A DNA stretch of 63,997 nucleotides, counting the filler, from Diploschistes diacapsis (Eukaryota): NCBI GenBank assembly GCA_023645945.1. It is 7 parts of 7 records of this genome, joined end to end, with 100 filler letters (N's around TTAATTAATTAA, not from the genome) between each part and the next. Parts side by side here need not be neighbours in the genome. Positions count along the whole stretch, not along the records: positions 9,208 to 18,283 come from JALAIB010001073.1; positions 18,384 to 27,458 come from JALAIB010001074.1; 5 more parts are not named here. One strand, written 5' to 3'. The notes below the pieces were generated by a model. It was not told the DNA's origin, made no database searches, and saw only the letters and a program-made list of their open reading frames with translations. The position numbers and the translations under genes are program-made. Of the stretch, positions 13,722 through 26,551 are shown one piece after another; within the stretch, counting starts at the first letter, position 1, and each line of letters begins with the position of its first letter.

Positions 13722-13792
13722 TGCGCCGGAGGGGAATCGAACCCCTGCCTCAAGAATGGAAATCTTGAATTCTACCACTGAACTACCGGCGC
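13722..13792 (-). tRNA. tRNA-Gly (TCC), intronless
   Basis: Minus strand GCGCCGGTAGTTCAGTGGTAGAATTCAAGATTTCCATTCTTGAGGCAGGGGTTCGATTCCCCTCCGGCGCA. Acceptor stem GCGCCGG/CCGGCGC, anticodon stem CAAGA/TCTTG with loop TT-TCC-AT, T-loop GGTTCGATTCC. Confidence 0.95.
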
Positions 13793-14934
13793 ATACAGTT
13801 AATGTTGCTTTCAATGAATATATATATATATTTAATTGAATGAGAATACCTAATTCATAGAATCATGCGCTGATAATGGTGGCAGACAGCACATCATCTG
13901 GGCAACTATCTGAGGCAATATAAGCTCTATATCTTTATTATTTGCTTTCCCAGATGTGCTCGTTTCCAACCGGCTGCTCGTTCATAACATCTTGAGCCTC
14001 AGTTTTATTATCCCTTATTGGAGAGGAAAGGAAATCCGATTCAGTGGGGACTAGATCACGCTTTGAATCGATCTCGACACGGAAAATCATTTGCCATTTA
14101 TATCGAGTGAATCATGCGTTACATAAAGTTATAAAAAATTAACCCCTAATTAGCGGCGTTGATGGAATGCGATTCGACTTTGGTCTAAGACCCTAACCAT
14201 CACGTAGCCATTCTGGGACCCCGCTTACTTCTATTTTTTTTCGCTGAGGAGGGTTAATGAAGCCCTTGAGGACCTCCATAGGGGGGGTCGAAAGGCTGCT
14301 GGGGGAGATATTGTAGATAGAGGGTGTGGATGAGGATTCCACTTCGATCATAATCGAAAGGTCTAAATGAGGAAAACGTTAAAAGAGGTTACTAGCGTGG
14401 AAACAGAAAGTATTTATTACGCGTAGGATAGGCGCGCACAATGGCTCAAATGGTTTAGGCTGACTATAGCAGGCTATTAGCAGCTGTCGGTATTAATCAG
14501 CAGCGCTAACTGTTAACCAAACGAGCTAAGCGCGGATCTAACGAAGGCGACGCAATTCAGTTGATATTCAGTTTAGTAAATCTGGGCTCTAGAGAAATAG
14601 GCTCACCTTGCAGAGAAGATGTCTGGTTTCGCGTATTCAACATCGGACAGCAAATACCAATCCAGACCTTCATTACCATGCCTGAGCCTGATTCGAGATT
14701 GATTGGGCCTTCTTTGCAGCAGCAGGCCATCGAAAGGGTCCGCACGGTCTTCAAGCATGGCCGACATCACAGAACAAATTCTATTATGATTCAAGCCATC
14801 TCCGAGAACCTTCCTCGTCTTCACATCCATCTTTGTCGGCGTTCTACAATCGGTATTGTATTCCTATCACATCTTGCTGGTAAACTGATACGGACAAGTC
14901 AGGTAGGTCAAACTGTTGGCCACTGCATTTAGAA

Positions 14935-17563
14935 GTGACGTCGACAATATCACTCGGAGGCTTCAGCAACATGCTAAGGATTTTGATCGAACTGCTGCTG
15001 CTGCTGCTGTTGGTCTCCTCAGAGCATAGAAGTCTCAAGAAGCAAGTCATGGAAGACATGTCTCATAGTTGTACAATAAATAAGACTCCAGGAAAGAGTG
15101 ACTTCATGTCGAGATGCCGCATATGGCTTAATGCACTCAGCACGAGTGAGGACATCGATAGGCTTTAACTAAAAAGGCCCCAACAACATGTGAGTTGATA
15201 TGGTCTCATTCTGCATTTCTAGACTGGAGTAGAATTCGTGACGATGCACCTGCCTCTGATTACATGCACATATCGGGCCCACATGGATCCAAAAAACCCA
15301 CCCTAGCAGCCTCAATGGCACAATCCATGAGAGAGCAGAGAAAGCAGGTTCTGTACTTTTCGTTCTCCGGAGCTGATGCAGATCGCCAAACTTTCTCCGG
15401 CTTAGCTTGATCCTTCCTGTGGCGATGTATATAAGGCCTAAGCTTCGAGTCTGAGTATAAAAATATTAAGGAGCTTATCTATAAGGGTGCGCCAGTTACG
15501 TCTGATCGTTAGGATGCGCTCGGTAATCTTACGCAGTTATCTTAAACGCCCATTTTCTGGATCATTGACTGGTTAGAGGAGTATCAGGAAGAGGTTCAGG
15601 TACCCTTAGGCGCTTTTACAATTTCCTTACTACCAAAGAATCCAGGCAATTGGATGACGGCAGGTTATAGAGACTCTTAGCCCTGTGGAAACCTTCGGTC
15701 GAAATTACACTGGAACTAACTCGGCTTGATATTGATGCATTCGCACGTGTAGCATTAGATGATTCCCAAACCTACAATCCACAGGACTTTCCGGAAATGT
15801 TACAGACCGTGCCCAACGGCCTCAGAGAAGCTTACCGCCCGCACTGTTCAAAGCTCGTCGAGTCTTTAGATAGCTTTGACCTGAGTTTTTTGCGGGATGT
15901 TCTAACTTTGGCGGTAGCTGCACGCCGTCCGCTCAAAGTGGAAGAGCTTCGATACGCCCTTGCCATGGCCTCCAAGGAATCGAGGCAGCTATGCAACGCA
16001 TATCCGCTTGAAGATTGTGCAGATCAAAACATAGTTGATCGCATCGCATGCACATGTGGGAGCCTGATCGTTGTAAGAGGTGGTGTTGTTTCTACCACGC
16101 ATTTCTCTGTTCTAGAGTTTCTGATCGGGCCAGAAAAGAGTAGCCCACGCATATACGCTCTCCGAGGTTTCACATTCAAAGAGCGCATCGGCTTCCTGCA
16201 TTTGTCTGCTTGGACCTGTCAAGCACCGCAAGGTGGGAAGCTTTATTTTCCAGGCAGACTCGTATTTGATTCCAGAAAGTGAGGCTATTCTTTGGGATTA
16301 TGCTGCAAAGGACTTGATATACCATTTTAATAGAGGTTGGAAAGACCAAATACTCGTTTAAACAATGGGTTGCCTCTATCCATCACAACCTTTCAAGCTC
16401 TGGATGGCGTTTCTGGCACCATATGCGATGCTTACTGGGGACTTCAGCTGAGAGGTCATGGCCATATGGGCGGAGCCCAATTCGACCTGGACCGTTATGG
16501 CGATGCAGAAACAAGCTTTCGCTTCGCACTTAATGGGCAAAAGACTGTGGTCAGTATGGAGCATCATGTACAGTACGGACCATGGGACTTGAGACGCACG
16601 CTTGCAATGCGAGATAATCTTGAAGAGTCAGAATGGCTGTTGCGCCAAATATTGCATATCAGAGAAAAGAGGTACGGTGATGTGGCAAAGTCTCACCCTT
16701 GGTGTAAAACGTACTCTAGCATGTGTTATTCGCTTACAGAGATACCCGGAAGCTGAACAATTTCAGCGAAAGATGATCGAAACCAGCAAGAGAACCGATG
16801 TCGCAGAGCACGAAGAGACGTTGACTTGCCAGTATGGTCTTAGCATTACCCTATACTTTGGAAAAACGATACGATGAAGCGAACAGTCTCATGGAACAAG
16901 TGGTGCACACGGTGCAGGCTGTCCCAGGCGGTCATCACTATCTTACCCAAAAAGCTACCTTGGGCTTCATACTCATACTAATGTGGCAATGCGAATATGA
17001 GAAGGCTGTTGGTTCAGTACGTCTGATGGCGCGATCTGCAGCGGATGGTGAGGCGAATCAACTCAGGGAATTTCTGGATACAGCCTTTGAGTTGGGAGTT
17101 ATTCTTTACAGCCGACCGAGCTACGGGACGGCTGCCGAAATGCTTACAATTATAGCAAAAGGCCTCGCAATGACTTTAGGACCTGAGCACCCGGCTACTC
17201 CCCAGGCTATGCTTGGACTAGCAGAAGCGCAGATGGCGCAAAACAGACTTGAAGCCGCGGAAGCTACTTACCAAGTTGTGATCGACGCGAGATCAGAAAC
17301 CCTGGCCCTAATCATGTAGACACGCTTGAGGCTATGTGCGATTTAGGCGCAGCATTGCTTTTCCAGGCAAGTATACGCAGGAGAAGATGTTCTTGCATCA
17401 AACGGTGGACAAGAGAATGCAGGTCAAGGGTGAAACCCCCGACCGGATACTCATAGCCATATACAATCTTGATTCCCTTCTAGAGAAGTTGGATAGAAAA
17501 TACGCAGCCAAGCGTGGTACACCAGCAACGACTGGGACGGGAAAACAGAGCGCCCCGGAATAG
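14935..17563 (+). pseudogene. Degenerate fungal NLR-like gene (NACHT/STAND NTPase + winged helix + TPR repeats)
   Basis: CRIWLNA..., IWSHSAFLDW...MHISGPHGSKKPTLA (decayed Walker A), VLYFSFS, PIFWIIDWLEEY (decayed Walker B IIDGLDEC), AARRPLKVEELRYALA...CGSLIVVR..THFSVLEFL, and TPR-like RYGDAETSFR, LGPEHPATPQAMLGLA. Many stops and frameshifts; 5' limit uncertain. Confidence 0.8.
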
Positions 17564-18283
17564 AGCGCTTGGAAGCTATTTACTCCAGATTGGAGTGGTT
17601 AAGATCGTGGACGGCGAGACTCGCTGAGGTACTAATCATTGAACAATTCCCCAGCTAATCAACACTGTTTCCCTTGTCGGTTTCTTATGCCAGGCTGGAC
17701 TGGATAACATCATTAATGCTCATCCTGACAGAAAGGAATGAATCAGTGATTAGTTCTGACCCGGTTTTCTTTTAACGACCATCTGGACTTGCTGTCCCAT
17801 CTTGAATTTACCATAATATTCTATGTGCATTATTCTAGCGGATAGCAAAATAGTTTTTGGCCTCTCATTTCCTCCTTGCATGATTTCGTACTGGCACCTT
17901 CTCATGAGCAGCACCCGTTTTTCCCAGTAGAGGAATAGTAAGACATGCTAACATTTCGGGAGTGCTGGACGTTGTTGTACGCACAAGCAGCCCTTTGGGG
18001 TGTATTATGCTTGCACCATCGTTTATGCCATTTCATCTACAAGACCGATGACCGGCTGCTTATAGCGACACTGACACGGACTCATGGATGTGGCATGCTT
18101 TGGTGAATGTCAGAGACTCCATATCCTCAGCGAATTGTCGGCCTTCTTCCTCCCTGATTTGTCCCTTCGAAAGGGGCTCGCTTGACGTCCACTGTTTATC
18201 TCGCCCTCGTCGCCTCTTCCTCCCACCGATTCATCCCTATCACTATCATCATCTCGACCCACCTCTCCGCCCCCCTCGTCCCT

Positions 18284-18383
18284 NNNNNNNNNNNNNNNNN
18301 NNNNNNNNNNNNNNNNNNNNNNNNNNNTTAATTAATTAANNNNNNNNNNNNNNNNNNNNNNNNNNNNNNNNNNNNNNNNNNNN
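18284..18383. other. Artificial contig spacer
   Basis: 44 N + TTAATTAATTAA + 44 N. Confidence 0.98.
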
Positions 18384-18640
18384 GAAGCAGACGGGGGGGG
18401 GGCCGCGGAGCAGGTCTTGTGAATAGTATGCAGCGCTTAGGTCCTATCGATGAACCCCATCACACACCCGCAATTGGGCGATCGACTGCCGTGAACGAAT
18501 GGAGCTCCGAGACCTTCAATCCGAGTTTCTTCAAAGCCCAAACAACTATAGAGACGGCCGAGGAGGGGAATTGCGGTGCGGAGGGGGCTCAGTTTTTTGC
18601 CTTTCTTCGCAACGATTCGGGCCCCCCCCCCGTCTGCTTC
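18384..18640. repeat. 21-bp perfect inverted repeat pair (18384-18404 / 18620-18640)
   Basis: GAAGCAGAC(G)10CC at the contig start and its exact reverse complement GG(C)10GTCTGCTTC. Confidence 0.85.
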
Positions 18641-19404
18641 TGGTAGCCAAGATGCTTGGAGCTCGGCCTCGGCGCTTGGGCGAGCGAAGTTTGGGATATA
18701 CCCCCCGTTCCGCCTCGAATCGGATAGGCTCGTCGGACTAGAGCGTTTCGAGCCCTCCTGCGTCGCCCCGACCGAGCTGGATACCTCGCGGCATTTCCGA
18801 GCCTCGGGCTGCGTTGCCGCCGTGAGCTATGAAGATGGGTTGCAGAAACTATCCCGGGCGGGGGGGAGTTCTCATATATTAGAAATAGTCGGATCTGCCC
18901 CGAGGGCAGTTGTTCCAAGCACTAATCGATTTTTTCTTTGGATTCCTTGGTGAGAGGGAGTGGATGGGTGGGGAAGATCCGCTTGGACAAACCATTACTA
19001 TTGTTTTGCTTTTGTGACTGACTGGTTAGTGGATTCCACGAGGATGTCACGGTGGCTTCGGACTCGGACCTAGAAGATGGGGAAAAGAAATCTGGAACGG
19101 AGAAGAAGAAAGAGCAAGGGAAAACGAAGACGCTAATGCAGATGAGAGACACGAGACTTTTGAGGTTAACTGCTGCCTTTTATAGAGCCTCTTCTCCTAG
19201 ATTGATCGGTTTAGACTTCTATTTATCTGCTTGTTACGTTATATGCCTTTGCCTACTCCCTAGTTTGGTGTGTGGTTAGCTGTTTCTTTTCCCATCGACC
19301 CAGGAAGCCGAGGAACTTAGACGCCTTTGGTACAACGTAGCCGCTTGTGTCTTGGTCGCCTCGAACTATAATAGTCTGGTGGCCGACGTGCCCCTGCACA
19401 GCAC

Positions 19405-21160
19405 CTACCGCTGCTCGAAGGCAAGAATCGATACATTCCTTGTTAGCGTAGAAGATTGTATGGGCTTAGGGCGTCCTTGACTCATGAGCATCCAGCGTTG
19501 CAAGAGGTTTACCTCGAAAAGCTCGATTTCTGCACCCGCAAGTACATGTAGCTTAAATCCTGGTCTTGCTTCCTTGATGTTGGCCTTCTTGCCTACAGCT
19601 TCGCACCTAACTCCCGTACAGGGGAACCAAGCCTCGCTTGTTCCCAAACAGTTGTATGGTCTTTACAGGGAACATTAAAGGTTTGTGATGGACGCCAATA
19701 TCTGATCCATGAACTTCGAAAGCTATTTGTAGGGAGGAGCTTTTCTCCTTCACGAGTACTGAGACTTCGTCGAAGGAAAACCATTTTGGCCAGCCCGTTA
19801 TATGTGGGACAATCTCACTCGTCAAGTCAGTCTCGTGGTAATAGACCTTCCCATCTAACTCGATCCTACTAGGAATAACCATGATAGAGGCACTGGGTTC
19901 TCGATCGTCCGAAAGTTGGCTAAGAGTTTTGTAATAGCCACAGATACCATTTGCGGAGAAAGCGCAAGTTCTGTCATCTGGTTCAGGGTATATGGGAAGT
20001 CTTCACCGCGCGAAACGCTGGATCGAATTCTGTAACTTCTTTGTTTGTGTAAGCGTCGTTCGCCACTCTTTCCCATATTACAACCTGTTGCGCGTATAGT
20101 GCTTCCGCCCCGAGTCGAGATGGAAATATCATGATCGGAAGCGTCGCAGAGGACATAGTCCGTGCTATGTTTGCTATTATTCCGATAATCATAACACAGC
20201 AGTAACCTTGTAACAGTGGGTCTTTTCGACACATGCGGCAGGTGTAAGCTAGCTCGAGGGCCGTCATGCTTGCTTCATAATTCGTAAAGGTTTCTGAGAG
20301 ATTCTGACGCACTGCTTCTTCCATGTGACCCTTGAACGAAGCAAGCTCGGGGAACTGGTAAAGAATGTTCACCACAAGTCCCTTTTCATAAGAAGCATCG
20401 TTGTAGTGTCCGTACCCATCGCGAAAATGATGCGGGATACCTTCCTCTGCCGATGCTACGGCGTGGAAGATCCGAGCTAAGCTACCCAGGGCACTCCCTA
20501 CCGCGTGAGGGTTTTTGCTCAATTTCTTAAACTTGGGACCGAAGACGGAACCTAGGATTGTATTCCATTCCAGCCGTCCAGCGACAGAGGCTTCAGAGTA
20601 GTTCCGGAGATTTCCTGGCAAATCACATGAGGATCTTTCTCAGAACCTGAGATTGGGTACAGGACTTCGCCCGTTGGTCCAGAGATAATCTGAACAGAAA
20701 GCTCAAAGAAGCATTCTGCAAAGGCGGCTGGCCAACCTGCATCTGCGCCACAATATTGCAAGCGATGCGAGCTCTCCGCGGGTTATTTCTGCCGATGCAA
20801 GGAGGGCCTGGGCCAAGCTCTCAGCGCTTGAGCAGCCTCTGGTCTTGTCTTTCGTAGTTTTAAGTGATCTATAGCCCAGGAACCTATACTCCGGATGTAA
20901 CTGCATAACTTTTCTGCCAGGGTAGAACGTGTGCTTGTTGCAAATATCCTGGCGCAAGAATCAATCAAAGCTTTCCGCTCCAAACGCAGCGCTTCCCGGA
21001 GAGTGGCTTGCTTTGACCATCACCTCGGCGGCGATACTTCGAACGGCCAATCGCAGTAAGCTAACCCAGTCCAGCGGACCAGAAGTGGAAAAAGCGCCGT
21101 TCGCGCGAGATGCGCCGGTCCGGACGATGGAAGAGTTTGGATTCGATATTGGAACGTCCT
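19405..21160 (-). pseudogene. Frameshifted member of an uncharacterised fungal-specific protein family
   Basis: Consecutive minus-strand fragments in different frames form one protein-like path: FSTSGPLDWVSL..., LAQALLASAEITRGE, GADAGWPAAFAECFFELSVQI..GEVLY, GRLEWNTILGSVFG..AVGSALGSLARIF..YQFPEL, RIELDGKVY. Confidence 0.6.
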
Positions 21161-22040
21161 GAAATTCCCTCCTCCGGTCGGTTATGTAGGCTAAAAGTAG
21201 TTAGGTCCTTCCCATATCTCATCAAAAAAGTCACTTTTCTAGCCTTTATATCTCTGCGAAAACATTTTTAAAGAATTCAAATAAAAATCCCCAAGCTTTG
21301 CGAAACTTTAATTTATTCAATATTTTTCTTCTCGGGTTTTAAGAAATTTTCTAGGGGCCGTAAGACGTTGACGAAAAAGAGAGGGTACAGTTGTCGCACT
21401 GTAAACCCAATTTTTGGCGGGGACCACTTTTTATTAGGCACTCAAGGAAAATTCTAGAAATTCCAAAACAAGTCTCCTTTGTGCGTAATGCTTTAAAGTT
21501 CTTTATAATGTTTTGAACTTTTGGTTTGGCACATTGCTGGGGGTGGGGGGAAGGATATTTGGGTATAAAGTTAGTTGATTCTGGTGAGAAATACTTTTGG
21601 CACCCGACTGTAACGCAACGTTTGACGAATGCTACTAGTTTTATCTAGATAGCTCGTGCATCAAGCGTTGATCTCGCCAAAGGAAGAAAAGTGCCCGCTA
21701 AGAATATATTCAGCGTTGACAGCCTTGAATTGTACACCGACCCTATTCCCTAAGGGCAACCAAGAGAGGCTCCAAAGGTCTATAGGCGGTCGCCCTCGTG
21801 TTCCTGCTGATACCAGGCGTATTCCAGGCATGCAGGGCTGCGCCAGAGAGGCAGGCAGACATGCATTCCGGGCGCTGGCTCTGCCTTGACCTGCAGAGTA
21901 CGTCCTGTTAACGGGCTAACACATTGTATATAACCATCAATTGCTGTCTTTCATGCTTCCAATGGCTCACTACAAGCATGATCCTAAATTCAATTCGATC
22001 AGACAGTGCCTGAGTTCCACAGACAGAGAACCGCGCAACA

Positions 22041-22391
22041 ATGTACGCATCTATTAGCCAGTCGAGCAGCAGCAGGGATGCGCGCTCCATCTCTTCGCGC
22101 TCGACGTCTAGCCATTGCTCTAGCACCTCTTGCTCATCGCATACGCACTCGGCCGCTTCCTCTTCGATGCTACGCAGCTCCTTCAAGTCCCATGGCCTGC
22201 AACCTCTCTCCATCCGCCCTCGCAGATCCGACTTCGGTCCCCGAGATCCAAACGCACGAATCATTAATATTGCACCACCAAGAAGTGTGGAAGACTGGGC
22301 AAGGAGCGTTGAAGCAAGGTCAAGTCATTGCAGCTCAAGCTGTGCAAGTTTATCGAATGGAGGCTCGCTGTACGGAGGAAGTGGAAGATAA
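22041..22391 (+). CDS. Small Ser-rich hypothetical protein (116 aa)
   Basis: ATG in ACAATG context, single ORF with a non-repetitive core (HGLQPLSIRP...ARIINIAPPRSVEDW); no recognisable domain. Confidence 0.35.
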   Translation: MYASISQSSSSRDARSISSRSTSSHCSSTSCSSHTHSAASSSMLRSSFKSHGLQPLSIRPRRSDFGPRDPNARIINIAPPRSVEDWARSVEARSSHCSSSCASLSNGGSLYGGSGR

Positions 22392-24001
22392 AGGCTATCG
22401 AAGAGAATGCGGACGAAGGACAAAACTAGAGATGCGCGGGGTTGAGGCAGAAACTGTAAGCATTTGGGTTGCTTTTCCAGCGTGTACAGTATGCGGAATG
22501 AAAGTGGTGCTTTCATCTTTGTAGGTACAGGCAGCATAGTGCGAATGGTCGGAAATGGATCCCAGTTCATGCACAGAGAAATATTCGAGTGTGCTCAAGC
22601 ACCTAGCATAATGCTGTCGGAATTTACTCCCCGTTGACCCCTACAAGAAGGCAACAATTAGAGCTTACATGATGGTGAACTCTTAGGCGCTCGTTTGAAG
22701 CAACCGTAAGCAAAATTGCGATGATTCCGACAAGCCTGCAGTTGCTGCTTCCAATGTGCGTTCACGGCAATAAAAGCCCCTGGTGTAGATACGTTTGTCC
22801 GAGGTCGTCAGTTTCAAAGATTCATGCATGCGTCAATAGCAGTATGACTCAACCCAATCAATCTTAGAGTATCCCTGAGCGTGAAGGTGAGGATGAGGTG
22901 GCAACTGATAGCAAATGCGCTGTAAGCAAAGTTAGCTAGCGCTTGGTGCTGCTGACCTCCAGCTGCCGGGATCTCACCTCAATACCATGGGAGCATCAGA
23001 TTCACCAAATACCACGATGTACGTGCATAAGCTTTACGGACCTGAGCATGGTCGCTGAGCAGTGATTCTTTGCGTCAAATTGTCAATACGTCGCAACCGT
23101 CGCACTTCCGTAGCGGGGCTTTTGTGTAATAATGCGACAGGGTGAGCCTGCTCCGTGTGCATAGACAAAGAGGAATCTTTCTGCTATTGCGCTTCCTGAA
23201 GGAGAAACGAGCTGAGAACAAGGGTTATGAGTGATTGGTCGATATTGGGAATGTCCCCCAAATGATGGTGTGTAGTAGGACAGTATTGAAATCTTGTCAT
23301 CTTCCCAGCCTCTCTACTCAAGAAGTGCAAGGCTCACTACTCGACAGCCTTCAACTAGCTTCCATAGTGGCGCAGGCGGAAATGTTAGTATGCGTGCATG
23401 GACAAACTCGTGGAAATGTGAGATGATGGTGGTGGTAGTTGGAAGTGTGTGGTCTGTAGACTGCAGACTATAACTCACAGCCCAAAATAAACTGCACTAA
23501 CTGCACCTTAAGCGAGAATGCCATGTAACTGAGCACACAAGAGCACGAGATTCAAAGCCACACCAACAGCATCTGCTTCTCAAGTCGAATCTAGTGAGAC
23601 ATTGCCCCAGTCTGCCGTGCCGTTTCGAGCCTTAGAGTATGCTAACTTCTCCTCCAAGCTTCTTTTCTCGATCCATCCTCCCTCCTTTCTACCTGCTTGA
23701 CGAATCGGTGGCCGCCCCAGCCAGCAACTCTCTCTTTGATTCGTTCTTGACCCTCGAGCCCTTGACTTGCAGAGCCGCAGTTACAGCCTTGCGGTGATAT
23801 GCTTCCAGGCTCCATGGGTATGGGCGTGCGGCACAGTTCCAGAACTTGCTTGCTTTCTTGCACCATGTCACGCCCTTTATTACTTCACAGACCCGCTGTT
23901 GTCTGCCGACCTTCTGAGAGGAGCGGCGGCTCCTTGCCAAAAGCTCTACCGGCGAATTTGCGATATCGTTGGCCTTCGACTTCTTATCGTGTTACTGAAA
24001 G

Positions 24002-26551
24002 ATGGACTACGTTAATGGTCTGAGCCGCGACGCACGGTATCATTCAATCCCGGGGTCTCAGGGCAGCGAATTCGAGTTGCACAATACCGAGTACGCATCG
24101 CCCCAGCCAATATACAGCACGCCGGAGACTGCCTATGGTTTCCGAGATCTTCGCGACGATGAGCCTTTGCGAGGGCGTCCGGAGAGGCAGCATTCGGAAA
24201 GACAATACTCAGATACAAGCACGTCCACGGCTCAGGGAGGTTTGCTCCGGACAATGAGGTCGCGGCTCTCGTCTCTGAGAGATCCCGATTTCATCGCTGA
24301 AAGGTTTGGAAAATCAAAAGGAAAACCGCAAGAATTCAAACAATGGTTCTTCTTCTGGACAGGTATATTGGTCTGTGTGGCATGGTGTGTTCCTGCCATC
24401 GTTCTGCTGGTGCTTAATTTTGAGAGTTATATTGTGGGTGCTTCGGCATGGTGTCCGGAGAGATATTGTCCGGGGATAGCCGTGGGAATAAACACGTCGT
24501 TATCGTCGCTGCTGGCAAAGGCCGATCATGATACGCACAACTTTGTTGGCACACTGCAGTTCGTGGCCAAGGCCCTCGAGGTGTGGTTCGGCTACATAGC
24601 TGTCACTCTTGTCTACGCAATCACCAGCTTGCTGGCACGGAACGAACATGGCCTGCCGATTGGATGCAAGTATTCGTACTTGACACCATGCACGGACATG
24701 AGCTGACTTTCGGAGTTAGACCTACTCACTTATGTCGAGTTCACCGATATCTTGTCTATATTCAAGCCAGCGCATTGGACATCGGCGCACCTCGTGGACA
24801 ACAAAGATCCTTACAAAGAAAGTCGTCGAGTCAGGAAATTCTACCTCTTTGCTTTCGGAGTGGCATTTCTGTGCATTCTTGCCAACCTCATTGGGCCTGG
24901 TATAGCCGTTCTTCTTATCCCAACGGTCCAGATAATTTACACGGATCCAACCTATCCTCAACGGTTCACTACTCTCTCTTCGGCAAGCGCTCCGCAAGGT
25001 CCGAACGCTATTCCATGGTGTACTGCGGAGCAACTCGCAGCAAACGGTTATACCTGTACGGAATCCACGTACGACACAAACCTGGACAGCATGGTCAATT
25101 ACATTTATTCCCAGCTGCAGCAGGATTTCCTAGCGCATGGAAAGGTTTGGAATGGTGTTGCTCCTCCAACTCAAGAGGAGGCCCTTGTCTTCCAATTCAA
25201 CGTCACGGCGCTGAACCCTCATAATGCCAGCGTTTACACCGCCTGGGCGCCCAGCCGCCAGACTGTACGAGATCTCTCCCGAGATCAAGAGTGGTACTTC
25301 GATAACGGGACCAATGCAGACTCGGAGTATGCGGGCTTGAGTAACTCCATGACCCTCAATTTGCAAAGGGAAGGTCCCATCGTTAGCGTTACCCAGACGC
25401 TGTGGGGGGGCAACTTGACTGTCACGCAAGTCGATGACCAGAGAGCGATTCACTGCTACCACAAATGGTGGTGGATCGCTGAGACGGACCAATATTACGC
25501 GAAATGCTTTCGTGCTGGCTCAGGCTGGAATAGCACTGGCGGGATAGCTGAGTTTCAGGTCGGCACTGTGAACTCTGGGTGGTTACTGGACTGGGGCCCA
25601 CCCAGGCCGGCACAGGCCAGATCCTTCTTTGCTGACAACGCAACTTATATCCTCGACGACTGGAGCACTGGGAATCTTAAGTCTCAACCTTGTTTTCCAA
25701 ACGGAACTCTACCCAGCGATGCTGGCTGCGACTACGATAGCATCTTTAAAGCGCCACTGCCCTCCCTCCTGCCTCAAAACCTTACATCTTGGACCAGTAA
25801 CGCCTTTATCATCGAGAACGTTCTAATGAACGATACCTCGCTCGCATTCGTCGCGGAGTCATATCTGACCTTGGGTTTCACCACATACGGAGTCGAGGTA
25901 ACCAATGCCACGTACTCATCAGAATTCGGCGTCGTGCAGATCAGTGACTTGCCGGACATGACCCAGACTTCGCCGATTGCCTTGAATGCTAGCTGGTACC
26001 TTGGGGTCTGGTCTTGCAATAATACGAACGACGTGTCTATGTTTAGATACTCCGCGTGGGCATTGCAGACCTCGATAGCGGACCTTTATGACCAGGTGAA
26101 TACTAACGGCTCAATAGACTGGTCCGGGATCGATTTCTCGAACTGGTCACAGCTGAGCCTGTACACGGTTCTCCAGGCTGCATCGCTCATCCCATACAAC
26201 GTGACCGATCCAGCGACGGATGGCATCAACCTGTCTCCGGACGATATGTATCACCCGTCCCTGGCCAAGAACGCAATGCGGCAGGTGTATGCGTACGGCA
26301 TCGACTCGAGAACCTCGATCCTCGGCGTCGTAACCACCATCATGGGTATTATCGTGGCTCTTGGACGGGCGGGGCTCTCATTTGTCACGCGCGTCAGGCA
26401 CCGCGAGCCACTCGAGCTACTGGTTGCGGCCATGAAGCATCCACATATGTCAGAATTCGAGGGCTGCGGCGAAAGCGAGAGGAAGATGGCCAAGGTGCGA
26501 TTCAGAATCGATGATAGTAGGGAGGACAAGATCATTTTCTCGAAGAAGTGA
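24002..26551 (+). CDS. Multi-pass membrane glycoprotein of unknown function (fungal-specific)
   Basis: Two long ORFs in the same frame joined by a 54-nt intron (24666-24719). TM segments WTGILVCVAWCVPAIVLLVLNF, GTLQFVAKALEVWF, LANLIGPGIAVLLIPT and a C-terminal YAYGIDSRTSILGVVTTIMG; many N-x-S/T sites. Confidence 0.85.
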
